Assembly: GCF_041146345.1 (NCBI RefSeq)
Contig: NW_027191417.1
Coordinates: forward strand, 372,001 to 436,000
Reading direction: 5' to 3'
From: Neodothiora populina
Lineage: Eukaryota
Length of the DNA: 64,000 nucleotides
This document shows, piece by piece, positions 1-11,604 of this stretch. The notes beneath the pieces are model-generated. The model worked only from the letters and a program-made list of their open reading frames with translations, had not been told where the DNA came from and did not search any database. Within the stretch, counting starts at the first letter, position 1. Each line of letters starts with the position of its first letter. The position numbers and the translations under genes are program-made.

Positions 1-1
1 G

Positions 2-1105
2 ATGCCAAAGGATTATGCCGATGGTGTGGATTTCACCAATGGTGCCAACGACCAAGACGACCAAGACGACGATGCTTCTGACGAGGAAATCGAACGTCGC
101 AAGCAAGAAAAGCGTGCCGAAGAGCTCGAGAAGGTCTATCTTGATCAAGAAAGACGCTGGCTCAACGTGGAACGACGCCATATCGCATCTTTGGCGCGCG
201 CCGAAGCCGAGGAGCAGAGTGAAGAAGCCAGCAAGGCCAAACGTCGTGAAGCCTTGGCCGAGAAGTTCAGGTCGTTCGACGACGAGGAAGAGCTCCGACG
301 CCCCAGCGAGTTATTCTATCGCGATCGCAAGGCATGGCGCCGTGCCCGTGCGGATTTCCGCCGCATGGAACGCGAGCGCGACGACATGGACCGCAGAGAC
401 GAAGACCGCGAGCTCAACCGCGAAAAACGCCGTCTGGATGCCGCCAGGGGTATGGCCGACGACTTCCTCTCGCAGACCGGCGAAGAAATCTCCGCGTCCC
501 GCTCCAAACCCCAGCCCAAAGCCAACTTCTCACTCAACCTGGGCGGTTTCAGCATGGGCGGTGCGAGCGCAGGAGCCGCTACTTACGAGGAAGAAGAAGA
601 CCGCAAACAAGAGCGGTCCGCCGGCCGCTCTCACCGCATGCAAGACATGGAGAACCTGCTCGACGACGAAGAAGAGAACGGCGCGGCAGGCACGGGCGAG
701 CGCAAGGCCCTCCGGACCGTCGAGTTCAAGCCGCTCGCTCCAGGCGAGAAAATGTCCGACGAGCAGCGCGTCGCCGCATCCAAAGAACTCGCGGCCAGGA
801 TCCCCACGTCGACCCAAGCTCTGTTCGCGTGGCCCGTCAAATGGGACCACCTCACGCCCGCCATCATCGAGGAGCAGCTCCGCCCTTATGTGCAAAAGAA
901 GATCTTCCAGTCTCTGGGCGTGCAAGAGGACATGCTCGTCGACATCATCGAAAGCGTGGTGCGCGAAAGAGGGTCGCCGGAGAAGATCGTCGAGGAGCTG
1001 TCTGGGCTGCTGGACGAAGAAGCCGAGGACCTGGCCAGGAAGGTGTGGAGGATGGTGGTGTTCTACTCTGAAGTCGAGGCGCAGGGTCTCGGTGATGGCG
1101 CGTAG
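2..1105 (+). CDS. SNU71: U1 snRNP-associated PWI-domain protein (Snu71/RBM25-like), 5'-truncated
   Basis: Long R/E/D-rich charged region followed by a C-terminal PWI domain (IPTSTQALFAWPVKWD...LRPYVQKKIFQSLGVQEDMLVD...LDEEAEDLARKVWRMVVF). The gene probably starts upstream of the window. Confidence 0.8.
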   Translation: MPKDYADGVDFTNGANDQDDQDDDASDEEIERRKQEKRAEELEKVYLDQERRWLNVERRHIASLARAEAEEQSEEASKAKRREALAEKFRSFDDEEELRRPSELFYRDRKAWRRARADFRRMERERDDMDRRDEDRELNREKRRLDAARGMADDFLSQTGEEISASRSKPQPKANFSLNLGGFSMGGASAGAATYEEEEDRKQERSAGRSHRMQDMENLLDDEEENGAAGTGERKALRTVEFKPLAPGEKMSDEQRVAASKELAARIPTSTQALFAWPVKWDHLTPAIIEEQLRPYVQKKIFQSLGVQEDMLVDIIESVVRERGSPEKIVEELSGLLDEEAEDLARKVWRMVVFYSEVEAQGLGDGA

Positions 1106-1607
1106 TGGTATTTCCGTATGTATCCTGCTGCTGCCAGCCTCTCGATCGGTGACGAAAAAGGCGCTTTATTTAAGCCGAGTTTTTCACGAGTCCACAAAAG
1201 AGAGCTTTACTTGGTCGCGTCGAGTCAAGTCTTGTCTTGCTGCATGCATGTTATCGAGCTTTTCTCTGCTTCGCTGTTCATGATCTCGGAGGATATCCTT
1301 CGTCGCTTTGGACAAGAAGAAAACTGACACTTGACCTCGCCCCCGCTCAGTCAAATCTATATATATGGTATTGGTACGTGATTGGTATATCAGAGTTTGT
1401 TTCGACGACAAGATTTTCTCCATGGAGGTTACATGAGGTTCCTGTTTCGCGTCCTGACTACCATTCCTAGTGTTTCCTGTGATATACGTTCTCATTCCAA
1501 GGAATAAAACCAGAGTAGGCTGATCACTTCGCATCTGTACATGTGACACACACATGCAACAATAAAAAAAAACAATACAACGCTCAACGACCAACTGCCT
1601 GCCCAGC

Positions 1608-4037
1608 CTAAGCGTGCTGCGCCTGCGCCCCCTCCTCGAGATCCACAGCCTCATACCCGCCCCCTGCACCACTCCTATACCTCATAGCAGCCGGCACCTC
1701 AAACAGTCGTCTATAGTCGACGCTCTCGCCGCCCAGCAGCCCCTGGCCCTCCTTCTTGCTTCCAAACAGCACGCCCTTCGCCCCGCCCGCATCGCACCAG
1801 AAGTCGCCGCAGTTGCGCACGAAGCCGCGATTGAACGGGTTGCGCTTGCGGCGCGCCAGCACTTCTCCTGCGCGCGAGCCGTGCAGCGCGGTCGCGACGA
1901 AGGTGTCGAGTCCGAGCAGTTTCTTCCACTGTGTGAAGCAGGATTCTTTCTGGATTTTCTTGTTGCGGTGGTGGTGCGGGGGAGCGGGAGTTGCGGGGTC
2001 TGGACCGCTGCCTGAGGCGGAGGAGCCTACTGCGGCGCCTTCGGGCGAGGTCGAGCCCGTCGCTATAGCTGTTGTCAGGGCGCCGGCGTGCGCGCCTTTC
2101 ATGCTTTCGTAGGTGGTCATTGCGCGCGCGATCTGGGACAGCTGCACGAAGAGCAGCATTGTTGTCCAGGTTAGCTGTAGGCAACCCCAGCCGTTCACGA
2201 CTAGTGTGAATGGGTCCTTGCACCATTCTGTGCAGAACTCTGGGCCCAGGATCGAGCAGGAGTTGATGAGGTCTGGGTCGGTGGGCGCGGGGAGGACTTC
2301 GATGTAGGCGAGGGTGAGGCGCACGAGGAAGACGAGGCCGACGGCTAGGAAGAAGATGTAGAGGACGAACGGTCGGTGGTTCTGGATGGCGACGCAGTTG
2401 TTGATCCACGGGCAGTGACTGTGCATTGTTAATGTTCTGGTCGTTTTGAATTGCTTGTCGAAGAGTCACTCACTGGTCTTCCCTGGCAACACAGCGGTTG
2501 CATCTCCTACAGTGCTTGCTGCGAAGAGGTTTTCGAATCATACACGTCGTGCAGAAGTGTTGTTCGTTGAAGGTATGCTTCTCTAGCAGATCTTCAATGA
2601 CGGTCTTTTGTTGCGCGCGAGAGGTGGACTTGGGGATGAACCCGGGATCTGCAAACATGCTGACGAAGTAAAAGTAAGTGGTCAGGGATATACATATGGC
2701 GAAGCAGAGATTAAGAATAGGGTTTGTTAGATAAGTCGCTAAAGCACTAGTCAGCATATACTCCCATTTTAGACACTTGTTGCATGGGACGTACCTGGAA
2801 GTATGTGGGTAACGTAACGAAGTGAAACCCAGAAAAGAGACGCTGCAAAAACGCCAGCGAGAAAAGACTGCCCACCGCTTGTGTCAGCCTGGATCTCTGC
2901 AAGATTGACACGGGCACACTCACAGTCTTGTGTAGATGCTTCATGTCGCTAGGGGCCCAGACCAAAAGCCTCTGGCCCAGCCATTGTAAGCTGTAGCTTA
3001 CGGCCATGCTCAATGGCAAGCCAAAATATAACGGCATCCAGGCCAGGATGTACAGGGTACAGCCCAATACAAATGTGGGCCAGCAAAAGAAAAATCGATC
3101 CAGGAATTTCCTTGTGTCCTTGACAAAGGTCAAAGGAAATGCAGAGGGCTGTCCCTCCGAGTCGTATCCACTATCAGCTAGAGCTCGATGCCATTGCCTG
3201 ACCGAGTTCATTTCTTTTGCTGTCACGGCGGGGGTCTTTCCATCGTTATTTGCAGCAAATCGGTCCGCGCCGTATTCGATCAACTTTTGTATGCATGCAT
3301 AGGACCCCTTGACCAATGCCCAATGTAACGCAGTGAAGCCTTGGTCGTCTCGCCTGTGGACGTCTGCTCCCCATCTCAACAGCACGTCTACACATGCCGG
3401 GAATCCTTTGTAAGCAGCCCACATCAAGCTCGTATGCCCCTGCGTGTCCGGTACGTCTACATCAAGGTCGCCTTGGTGCAATAAGAGAATCAGCTGGAAG
3501 ACATTGCCGTCGAGGGTCGCGCAATGCAACAGATTGTAGCCTTGGTCGTCGGTAATGAGAGGGTCTGCACCATTCTGGAGGAGAAGTGATACAATGTCCA
3601 GATTGCATTTCTTGGAAGCCCATAACACAGGGGTTGCCAGAGCGTCACCTCCACGAGCATTAACTGGTGCGCCTGATTGAACGAGAAAGTGACACAGAGC
3701 GTAATGGCCGTTTATGGCTGCCCACTGGTTATTACGCGATCAGCTCCTCATTTCACTATGCGGATTATATATCGATGCATCCTACATGTAAAGCGGTGAT
3801 GCCTTGAGCATCGGTCGAGCTGGCTGTGTATTTCCCTTTCTCGAACAACTTTTGTATGGCCCGAAGTTCACCGAGTCTCGCAAGACCCATAAGATCATCC
3901 TCTATTGGCAACGTTGGAGGCGGCACCGGCGGTTGTTGTTGTTGTTGTTGTTGTTGTTGCTGTTGTTGCTGTGTCATATTCTCGAGTTCGACTTGGCGGT
4001 CGACTGCATTTCCTGGTATCACGCTGCTTTCCGCCAT
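1608..4037 (-). CDS. AKR1: Ankyrin-repeat DHHC-type palmitoyltransferase Akr1
   Basis: Five exons, with introns at 3725-3785, 2868-2923, 2739-2794 and 2419-2473 (GT..AG with branch sites). Contains ankyrin repeats (GITALHWAAINGH, GHTSLMWAAYKG, GFTALHWALVKG), TM segments and a spliced Cys-rich DHHC domain ([37 protein letters not shown]). Confidence 0.95.
3933..3971 (-). repeat. (CAA/CAG)13 coding microsatellite, polyQ in the Akr1 N-terminus
   Basis: TTG/CTG run on the + strand encoding 13 consecutive Gln. Confidence 0.95.
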
Positions 4038-4603
4038 TGCGTCAGGTCACACGCTCCAGCGGGCCGGTAAGATGCTGTTTGTCGTGAGATTTATCTGATG
4101 CAACTTTCCCGCTCTCATAACATCTTAGTGAGCGTCATGTCATGTTCGAAAAGTCGAATGCATCCTTGTGGCAGTGCTTGGTCATACGCGTCTCTCGTGT
4201 TCACCGAGGTGGATTCACCGGAGGTTCTGGATCTCCAGCCAATCATAATGGATTTATTCCGCAATTGTCTTGGCATGAAGCCGTGAAATGCGACGTCGTC
4301 GACTGCTTCCACCATGATTGCAGCAGAACTAGTGTCAAGGCGAGATGTGCTAACACGATAGGGCAACCATACTCAGATGCTTCGCTCTCTCTCCTCTATT
4401 CATCAGATATCTGTGCAAAAGTTCTCAGGTACTATAGCGATGTGTTGTTCCCTGGCGAAGAGGATCAAGGAGTCTCCAATCTCGATACTCTACAATGATG
4501 CATCGAACAGAGGATCACTAGGGTTTTAAAGATATAATGTATTGTATGACCGACATTCGAATACTCCCTACTATACAGATTTGAAGACAAAAGAAATTTG
4601 CAT

Positions 4604-6076
4604 CTAAACAGGCTCTAATAGTTGATTCTCGAGCCATCGCGTAAACTTGACGATCGGTGTGTCAATATACCTCCAGAACAGATCTGCCGCCCATATTGCT
4701 GCCGGAATCACTATGAGACCGCCTAGTGCGAAACCAGTCTCATATTGTCTTGTAGTGCTTTTGCCTGTTGTATTCTCCCAGAGGTTGTAAACGACACTAT
4801 AGCCGAGTGTGTGGTTGATGAATCCATGTACAAGATATAGGGCATAAGAGATGTTGCCCAGGTATCGGCCCAATGCACAAGAGAAGATTCCCTGAAGCGA
4901 AAGGGCATTATTGATAGACCAAATTACCAAGACACTACCAATGGCCATCCAGAATCTGTGCTTCTCGCCCTCACGCAATCCTTGAGGAGACCATTTGATA
5001 AGGTTGGAATAGAACGGCGCAAATTCGGTCTTCTGCGGCGGTATTGACAGCAGAACCAGACCGACGACGAACGCGAAATACCAGAATGCCTTATTCTCGC
5101 TCTCGGAGTGCTTGGGGGGTTCTTTGTGCATAGGGGCACCTTCTTCGATCTTCGCTTCCACATCCGAGAAAGATTCTTGGATCAGAGATGCCTCTGCGAG
5201 GAACATACCACTCCAGAACAGCCCAAGCTCCCAAACATCGCATTGAAACGAGCCTGCAATGAGAAGGCCGAGCGTAATCATACGGACCCTTGTACGTACG
5301 ATGGAGAGTGCTGCAATCGTAAGGAAAAGAACCATAGAGCACCGGAATTCGACAGGTATCGTCCACAAGTGAATGTCATATCCATGAGATGGCCAGTGTG
5401 CATGGGACATTATGTCGAAAAGTCCCTTGGTGGCATGAATGTAGTCCCAGAGTTGTTCGTTGAATGTTTCAAAGACGTGCGGCTGCGGTTCGTGGGCCCA
5501 GCCCCAGTAAATCATCCGGAATGTAACTTCATCTTCACCAAGCGTGTTTGGATAGTCGAAGATACCAACACGCAAAGCAACAAATATCAGTAAAGTCGAA
5601 GCTATGCATGGTAAGAATAGACGGAATGGTCGTCGGAACACTGATGAGGCCAAGGTGCGCATCAATTGAGCATGCGAATGTGAGCGAATCAATTTCAACG
5701 ATTTCAAGCTAAGCGCGTACCCAGATATGACGAAAAAGATGCAGACCATGGACTCTCCGGCTACCAGCAGGCGGAGTATCGGTAGCTGCAAGATATGTCG
5801 ATTTTCGTCCGGGTAGTCTGGGTCTTCAACTGTCCCATACACAAAAGCACCTTTTCTATGGTATGCAAACTCAAAATGGCGAAGAAACACAAAAAACGCT
5901 GCATATCCTCGCATACCATCGAGCCATGCTGTCGGCGTGACCCTGCGTGCTGATGCCGCGGTTGCTGTGAAGACTGGGAGCAAGAAGCTCGGAATTAGCG
6001 CAGTCAGAAGACATCGCAGTCTTCGGTTTGATCTTCGGATGCTTATGTCATGCATCGGGCTCTTGTTATCGTACAT
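4604..6076 (-). CDS. Acyltransferase-3 family (OafA-like) integral-membrane O-acyltransferase
   Basis: Intronless 490-aa ORF with AT3 motifs (WLDGMRGYAA..VFLRH, VCIFFVISGYAL, FRRPFRLFLP, HLWTIPVEFRCS, YLGNISYALYLVH) and many TM helices. Confidence 0.9.
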   Translation of the reverse strand: MYDNKSPMHDISIRRSNRRLRCLLTALIPSFLLPVFTATAASARRVTPTAWLDGMRGYAAFFVFLRHFEFAYHRKGAFVYGTVEDPDYPDENRHILQLPILRLLVAGESMVCIFFVISGYALSLKSLKLIRSHSHAQLMRTLASSVFRRPFRLFLPCIASTLLIFVALRVGIFDYPNTLGEDEVTFRMIYWGWAHEPQPHVFETFNEQLWDYIHATKGLFDIMSHAHWPSHGYDIHLWTIPVEFRCSMVLFLTIAALSIVRTRVRMITLGLLIAGSFQCDVWELGLFWSGMFLAEASLIQESFSDVEAKIEEGAPMHKEPPKHSESENKAFWYFAFVVGLVLLSIPPQKTEFAPFYSNLIKWSPQGLREGEKHRFWMAIGSVLVIWSINNALSLQGIFSCALGRYLGNISYALYLVHGFINHTLGYSVVYNLWENTTGKSTTRQYETGFALGGLIVIPAAIWAADLFWRYIDTPIVKFTRWLENQLLEPV

Positions 6077-7148
6077 TTTTCCATGAGGGGTGCAAAATCA
6101 GGGAGAGAGTGAACAATGATCAGTGGCATATATGTGAAATGGAAGCTCCCATAACTATGCTGGAAATAGCCATGGTAGATACATAGCGTCAAGCATCGGA
6201 TGCCGGCCGAGATGCGTTGCCATCGTGAAACAAACAGCTCTTGAACCCGCCGCGTCGACTGATCGTAGAATGCGCGGCTACACGCTGTGCTGATGAGATC
6301 AATCCGTGATGTGGCAGCTGTCATGGGGCTGCTCTGTGGGGATCTTCATAAATACCTGAAGCTGACGCGCGGCACTACTACTCAAATGGGGATTTGCTTG
6401 TTTACAGTAAGATGCTCCATCCGCAGCTACGGGCCTATGGAGTTAGAAATGCTGATATTCGTGGTACATACTCTGTTGTATTATGATCATATGAAACCAT
6501 TATAGACATGGCTCGGCTTGCAGTATGCAGGCTACCGGAGTCTATCTGCTGCTGGGGCAACTCTGAATACCGCATGGTTTCGGTCTGCAGCAGTGCGAAC
6601 CCATCAGCCAAAGGTCAGGTGCTGTGTGTCTGCTTGACTACCTCGACATCGCTCCCTTAGTTTCCGTCAGTGACTGAGTTTTGGTCGCAATTTGTTGTCT
6701 CTTCCATTGAGTGAGCCGTCATGCTTATATGCGTACGTCAGCCCAGCAATCTATCATTGCGGCCTCCGATGGCTCCTTCCTCTCCATGAGTTATTCTTGT
6801 TGAGGGCTATACAAATTTAGCATCACGAACTTGTATGTCGGCGGCTCGCGAAGAGTTTCTCTGAGGAGCTGCTGTCCCGCTGTTGCACGGAAGACGGGAG
6901 TGCCGGAGTCATGTAAGGGACTGAACTTATGCATACCTACGCATCCATATTAATGGTGAATACCTCACCTCGAAAACACGGCCTTAAAGACTTCGTCTTA
7001 CAATCCGAGAATTTCTTCCTCTAGTCAGTCTGCCTTTTCGAAAGTCAACTTGAATTTCTTTGCGATTGTCGCCTAGCTCTTTTTTCCAATTACTATATGA
7101 GCTTGGCCTTTAACTCGTGAAACACTATATCCTGGACAGCTCGATTGC

Positions 7149-8021
7149 TCAGGCCTTGCCAGCGTAAATCCTGTCTAGATCTTCTCCCTCCACATCGTCG
7201 TGGCCACTCTTAACTAGCTCGTCTATAGCTTGTGCTATAGGCGTTTCACCCTCAAGCAGATCGTACCATCCCCTTGTGTCATTCCTCTCAATCAGTGCCG
7301 CCGCGACCGCAGCGACATCTCCTCTGGGGATTTTACCTTTTGAGGACGTCTTCCCAAGCCACACCTTACCAGTAGGAGCATCATCAGCCAGATTCCCTGG
7401 CCTCAAGTTGATAGCCTGGAATTGCTTATCGCCTCCACTAGCTCGCTTATGAGCCACAGCTAGCAAATGCTCATCCGCAGCGACTTTTGCTTTATAGTAA
7501 TCTGGTAAGATCTCGTAGTTGACTTTGTGGGCGTTCTCCTTGTCTGCTTCGGTCCACCATGGTGCGGCATTCTTTCTAGAGGAAAGATACGAGACCATGA
7601 GGAACTTCTTCACGCTCGGAGTCGAGACAGCAGATGTGATGTAATGCTTTGCAGCGTCCCGATCGATAGCATAGGTCCTTTCGGCACCGCCCTTTCCTCC
7701 GGCACCTGTTGTATAGATTCTCAACAAACATAGTTGTGCATTTCAATATGTAGAAGACTCACCTGCAGACCAAATCACAATCTCCGGATTGACTTTATCG
7801 ATAACTCTCTGTGCGTCCGCGTCGCTCTTAACTTCATCAAGACTTTCGACAAGCACGTCGAGCTTGCCTGGTTGATCCTTGCCAGCAGCAAGAATCTCTC
7901 GCTTATGGTCTGGGTTTCGGATCACACTGGTCACATGCCACTGACGAGCCAGGAGGAGCGGCGTCAGATGCAGAGCAACTTTTCCGTGACCGCCGAGTAG
8001 TAAGACTTTCGTAGATGCCAT
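7149..8021 (-). CDS. Atypical SDR / NAD(P)H-binding protein (YMR090W-like)
   Basis: Rossmann start MASTKVLLLGGHGKVAL. Removing intron 7706-7762 restores VIWSAGAGGKGGAERTYAIDRDAA. Also YYKAKVAADEHL, LRPGNL and IPRGDVAAV. Confidence 0.88.
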
Positions 8022-8599
8022 GATGATAATGATTTTATTGGATTGCGAGAGTAGATACTTGCAGTACTCGTATCTTATAAGCAGCACCACTTGTAAGCTT
8101 TCTTCGAGCTGTTCGAGGCTTACAAATATTGCCTAGGAATATAGCGATCGAATGGTGTGATTGGAGTATGAACGAGCGTGCGGAGAAACATGATGTCACT
8201 CAGAACTTCTGGAAGGCTCCTCCAAGGGACGCTTCGCTCACTATCGATGGTATTTCCCGCGCAACACAGCATCAAGCCAGGAGGTATCTGCGCTTTAACA
8301 GTATGTTCTAGCGAAATGATGCTTGATACTATCGCACGTCGTCTGAAGTCGGTCACTCAGAGCTTTCGCTACGCGTATCCACTCGGCGACGCTGTGGAGC
8401 TGTGAAGTATTGGGATAATGTTATTATCTTCTTCCTTGTAGCACCTCTCAGGCTTCTGCATACGCAAACGAAAGGTCCGCAGATCCACCTCGTTCAACAA
8501 TGATGCCCACATGCAGAGGTCCTTGAACCATAAACACTTTCATGGCATCATCTTGTCCACTGTCATCGAACCACGAAGCGCATAGCTCATACAGCAAGA

Positions 8600-10024
8600 T
8601 TACTCCTTACTGGCCCAGATTCGGTCTGCTTCCAGAGCTGCCACTTCCATCCTTTGCTTGGTCATACTCATCAGAACCTTCTCCTTGCGTACCCATCTTG
8701 CGTCGGCGTAGTTCAGCAATGTGCTGGCTTCTAGTTCCTCCTCCGCCATAGCGTTGGTGACAATGTCGCTGAAAATGTTCCCCATATTGCAGGTCCAGAT
8801 CACCATTTCACGGTAATGTACAATGCCCACATCGGGCTGGTCGATGATGTCAAGGAAATACTGGCGGCGTTGACCAAAGTCCTCAGCACGAGCTTTCTGA
8901 CAGTGCTCGGCGCAGTACTCAGGCCACAGAGTAACCACGTATTTCCAACCGAGTTGTGCTCCTGTGAAATCCACAGCCCAGGACCGACCACCATAAGGAA
9001 GCTGTACTTTGAGGATATAATGAGTGCCTTCGAGCTGGCATTGGCCACGCGCAGCATCACGCAAGTAGATGGGGCGCCGAACACCTTTAGGGACTATCTC
9101 TACCTCTTGGATCTGGGCGGAAAGACCTGGGATGCGTTAGAAACCATGACAAGACACCGCCTGAGTCATGCTTACAAACCTTTGAGGAAAGTATCAATGA
9201 CTTTATGGAAGAAAGCAAGAGCAATATCACAAGTCATGTTGGCAAGTACAGCTTTTTTTTATATCACCGTTCGCAAAAAGGGACTTCTCAAGTGGATAGA
9301 TCCGTCCACCCATCACAAGCTTCGATGCTTGGTTGTAGTCCTCGTCAACGTAGATTCCATCATCCTGCAGGGTTACCTTGACGACAGGGCGGTCGTAACA
9401 GATCTCGCGCCACATCTAGAACAGCTTGGCGATGAGGTTTCCTGCACGGTGAAGTGCTCTTTGGCGCTTCAGAGTCTGCTGCACTTTACAGGTGTCTTTG
9501 TGGTCAGTCCAATGCGCTGCTTGGCACTCTTTGTTACAATAGCGAGGGCAGCTGTATACACTTCCTCCCACCTGTAGTGCGTTGCTGCAGCCGCTGCACT
9601 GGTAACGGGCTCCGATCTTGCTGCAGTTGGAGCATGGTTCACTTGTAATGCTTGACGGCTTCACCGTCTCGTCGGAGTCAGGATCATCTCGAGAAGGACT
9701 GAGAGCAGCCTCTTCATTTTCTTGCGCGCCTTGGTATAGTGGAAGCACTCCAAGCTCTGCCGTGCTTGCTAGAGTTTCATTTTTCCCTGTCGTGGGTTCA
9801 CGACTTTCCCCATGGACCTCTGATAAGCCTTCCTGGTCCGTTTCGTTGCGAAGCAGAACATCGAAGGCTGATTCGCGGTGCGATCCCTGGATCAGAACAT
9901 CGACCATGTCTGATTCAGCGTTACCACTAGCTCTCTCCTTGCCATCTTGAGGATCTGTGGTGTGAAGAGGCGAGGAAGGATCTATAGATAGGTCGAGAAA
10001 TGCCTTGGTGAGGTCTTCTGTCAT
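8600..10024 (-). pseudogene. MYND zinc finger + putative Cys-His-Asp domain protein (array copy A), disrupted
   Basis: MYND finger CSNC..CSGC..YCNKECQAAHWTDHKDTC at 9488-9634. In-frame TAG at 9416-9418. One extra A in the A8 run at 9253-9260; removing it restores KKAVLANMTCDIALAFFHKVIDTFLK. Intron 9127-9179. Last exon contains THYILKV..WAVDFTGAQLGW. Confidence 0.8.
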
Positions 10025-10371
10025 GATGACTGCACGATAACAGGCAACACAGCCAGAAGTTCAATCATCAAATGAGGGAATAGAGAAATGATGTTTATGA
10101 ATTTTCGTCCAGATAAGTGAGGTCCTGCATTTCATTTCTTCCGTGTCGTGAGTTTACCTTGGTTTCTACGTCCCTGGGTCGCGACTGCCTTGTTGCTGTG
10201 CTCCTTCCTATTATCTAGACTTACTTGCAGCACGTTTGCGCATTTGGATGTGGTAAGGTCTGTTTCTCTTGGTACAGGGTTGACGTGAGTCTTAGCTCTA
10301 GGTTACCTTATCTATCTAGTTTCACCACTCCTTTACAACATGTTAGTCGAAGACATACGAGTCGAACGCTG

Positions 10372-11413
10372 TCAGCCACCCGCCTGCGGCACCTCAAGCC
10401 CTTGTTCGCGCACATACATAGTGTTGGCAGACATGACGGCTGCTTCGATGAACTGACGAACCATGTCTAAAAAAGCTCGCCTCTTCTGCTGGAACTCCAT
10501 TTCTGGCAGCTCCAACATTTCTGTTGCACCCGAATCCCACACTCGAAATTGAGTAGTCATCAAAGCCTCGAACCCATTGGCTATGTCGTAGGTCCAAGTG
10601 TAGTCGGCTCGTCGCCTCGTGCGAGCCCAATCTATATGCATCTCATAGTTCTCAAGTCCAGAAGCATTCAACACGAGGTGGCTTGTATCGCAGCGGTCCC
10701 GTAAGAGCTCTTCCCAGGAGATTAGGGGATCATACCAGCCATATTGTGCTCCGGAAAGGTCAAGGGCGTATGAAAGGTGTTGTTTATCTTTGAGTGTCAC
10801 TCTCCATAGGCAATGCTCGAACATGGCGTTGCACTTAGGCTGTCCTTCCGCATTCGTTCTCTCTACGGAAAGAGGGGGGCATTGAAGCCCAGCGCTGGCT
10901 TCTTGCAGTATTGCAATATCTAACAAGAATCAGCAAAGCCAGATGAAGTCACCTTAAAGGTAGTGGCTAACCTTCCAACATCCAGACGGCAACTGCATGT
11001 AAATGGGCAATTACAGTCTTGCAAGTCAAGAAAGACAGTAAGCTCTTCCTTATTGGATCTCTTCGGTCCAATTGTCCAGGGTCTGTTAGAAGAGGTCTCC
11101 AAGAAACTACAGGCTCTAGACATTGGGCATGAAAAGACATTGTCTTTGCGTCGATCCATTGAACATCTCGAACATCGAGCATGAAAGTGTAATTGCGATA
11201 GATGTACCACATGTCTTGGAGCAGATATGCACCGCGGCGTAATTTATGCTCCGGACAGTCGACAGTAGATCTAGAATCTGGAAGTCGGGGAAGATGAAAC
11301 GAGTCTCTATTCGTGGGGTGAGGGCTGCATTCGGTGTTCGACGGCTTCTCAGTCGCGTCAGGCGAGCGAAGCCGTTTACATATTGTGACAAAATAGCAGC
11401 GAAGGCGCCGCAT
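10372..11413 (-). CDS. Array copy B: putative Cys-His-Asp (transglutaminase/papain-like) domain protein, no MYND finger
   Basis: Two exons with a phase-1 intron at 10920-10971. Motifs LRRGAYLLQDMWYIYR, LLSFLTCKTV and EHCLWRVTL..YALDLSGAQYGWYDP. TATAAA at 11502-11507. The exact start codon is uncertain. Confidence 0.75.
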
Positions 11414-11604
11414 TTTGGGGAGGGGAATCCGATTCCTTAATGAAATCCTTGATCACTCTCAACTTTACTATGCGTACAGGCGATGAAAGATCTTTCAAGC
11501 ATTTATACTGTAAGTCGGTCGAGCGCGAAAAGCGTGTTGTACGATTTGCTGAGACATTGATCTGGTCGGAAGTTTTGTCGCCTTTCACACATTGGTGGCG
11601 AAGA

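Noticed and set aside
15..1283. 422-aa and 245-aa ORFs overlapping the PWI gene in other frames
   Set aside because: Low-complexity shadow frames of a GC-rich coding region with no recognisable motifs.
8120..8590. Possible fifth array relic (QLHSVAEWIRV resembles HLHAVAVWMLE)
   Set aside because: No upstream Cys, no intron donor at the expected place and no DLTG.QYGW motif.
9416..9418. TAG in copy A as an A-to-I edited (UAG to UGG) stop
   Set aside because: The aligned paralogue column is Y/L/H rather than W, and a separate frameshift lies downstream.
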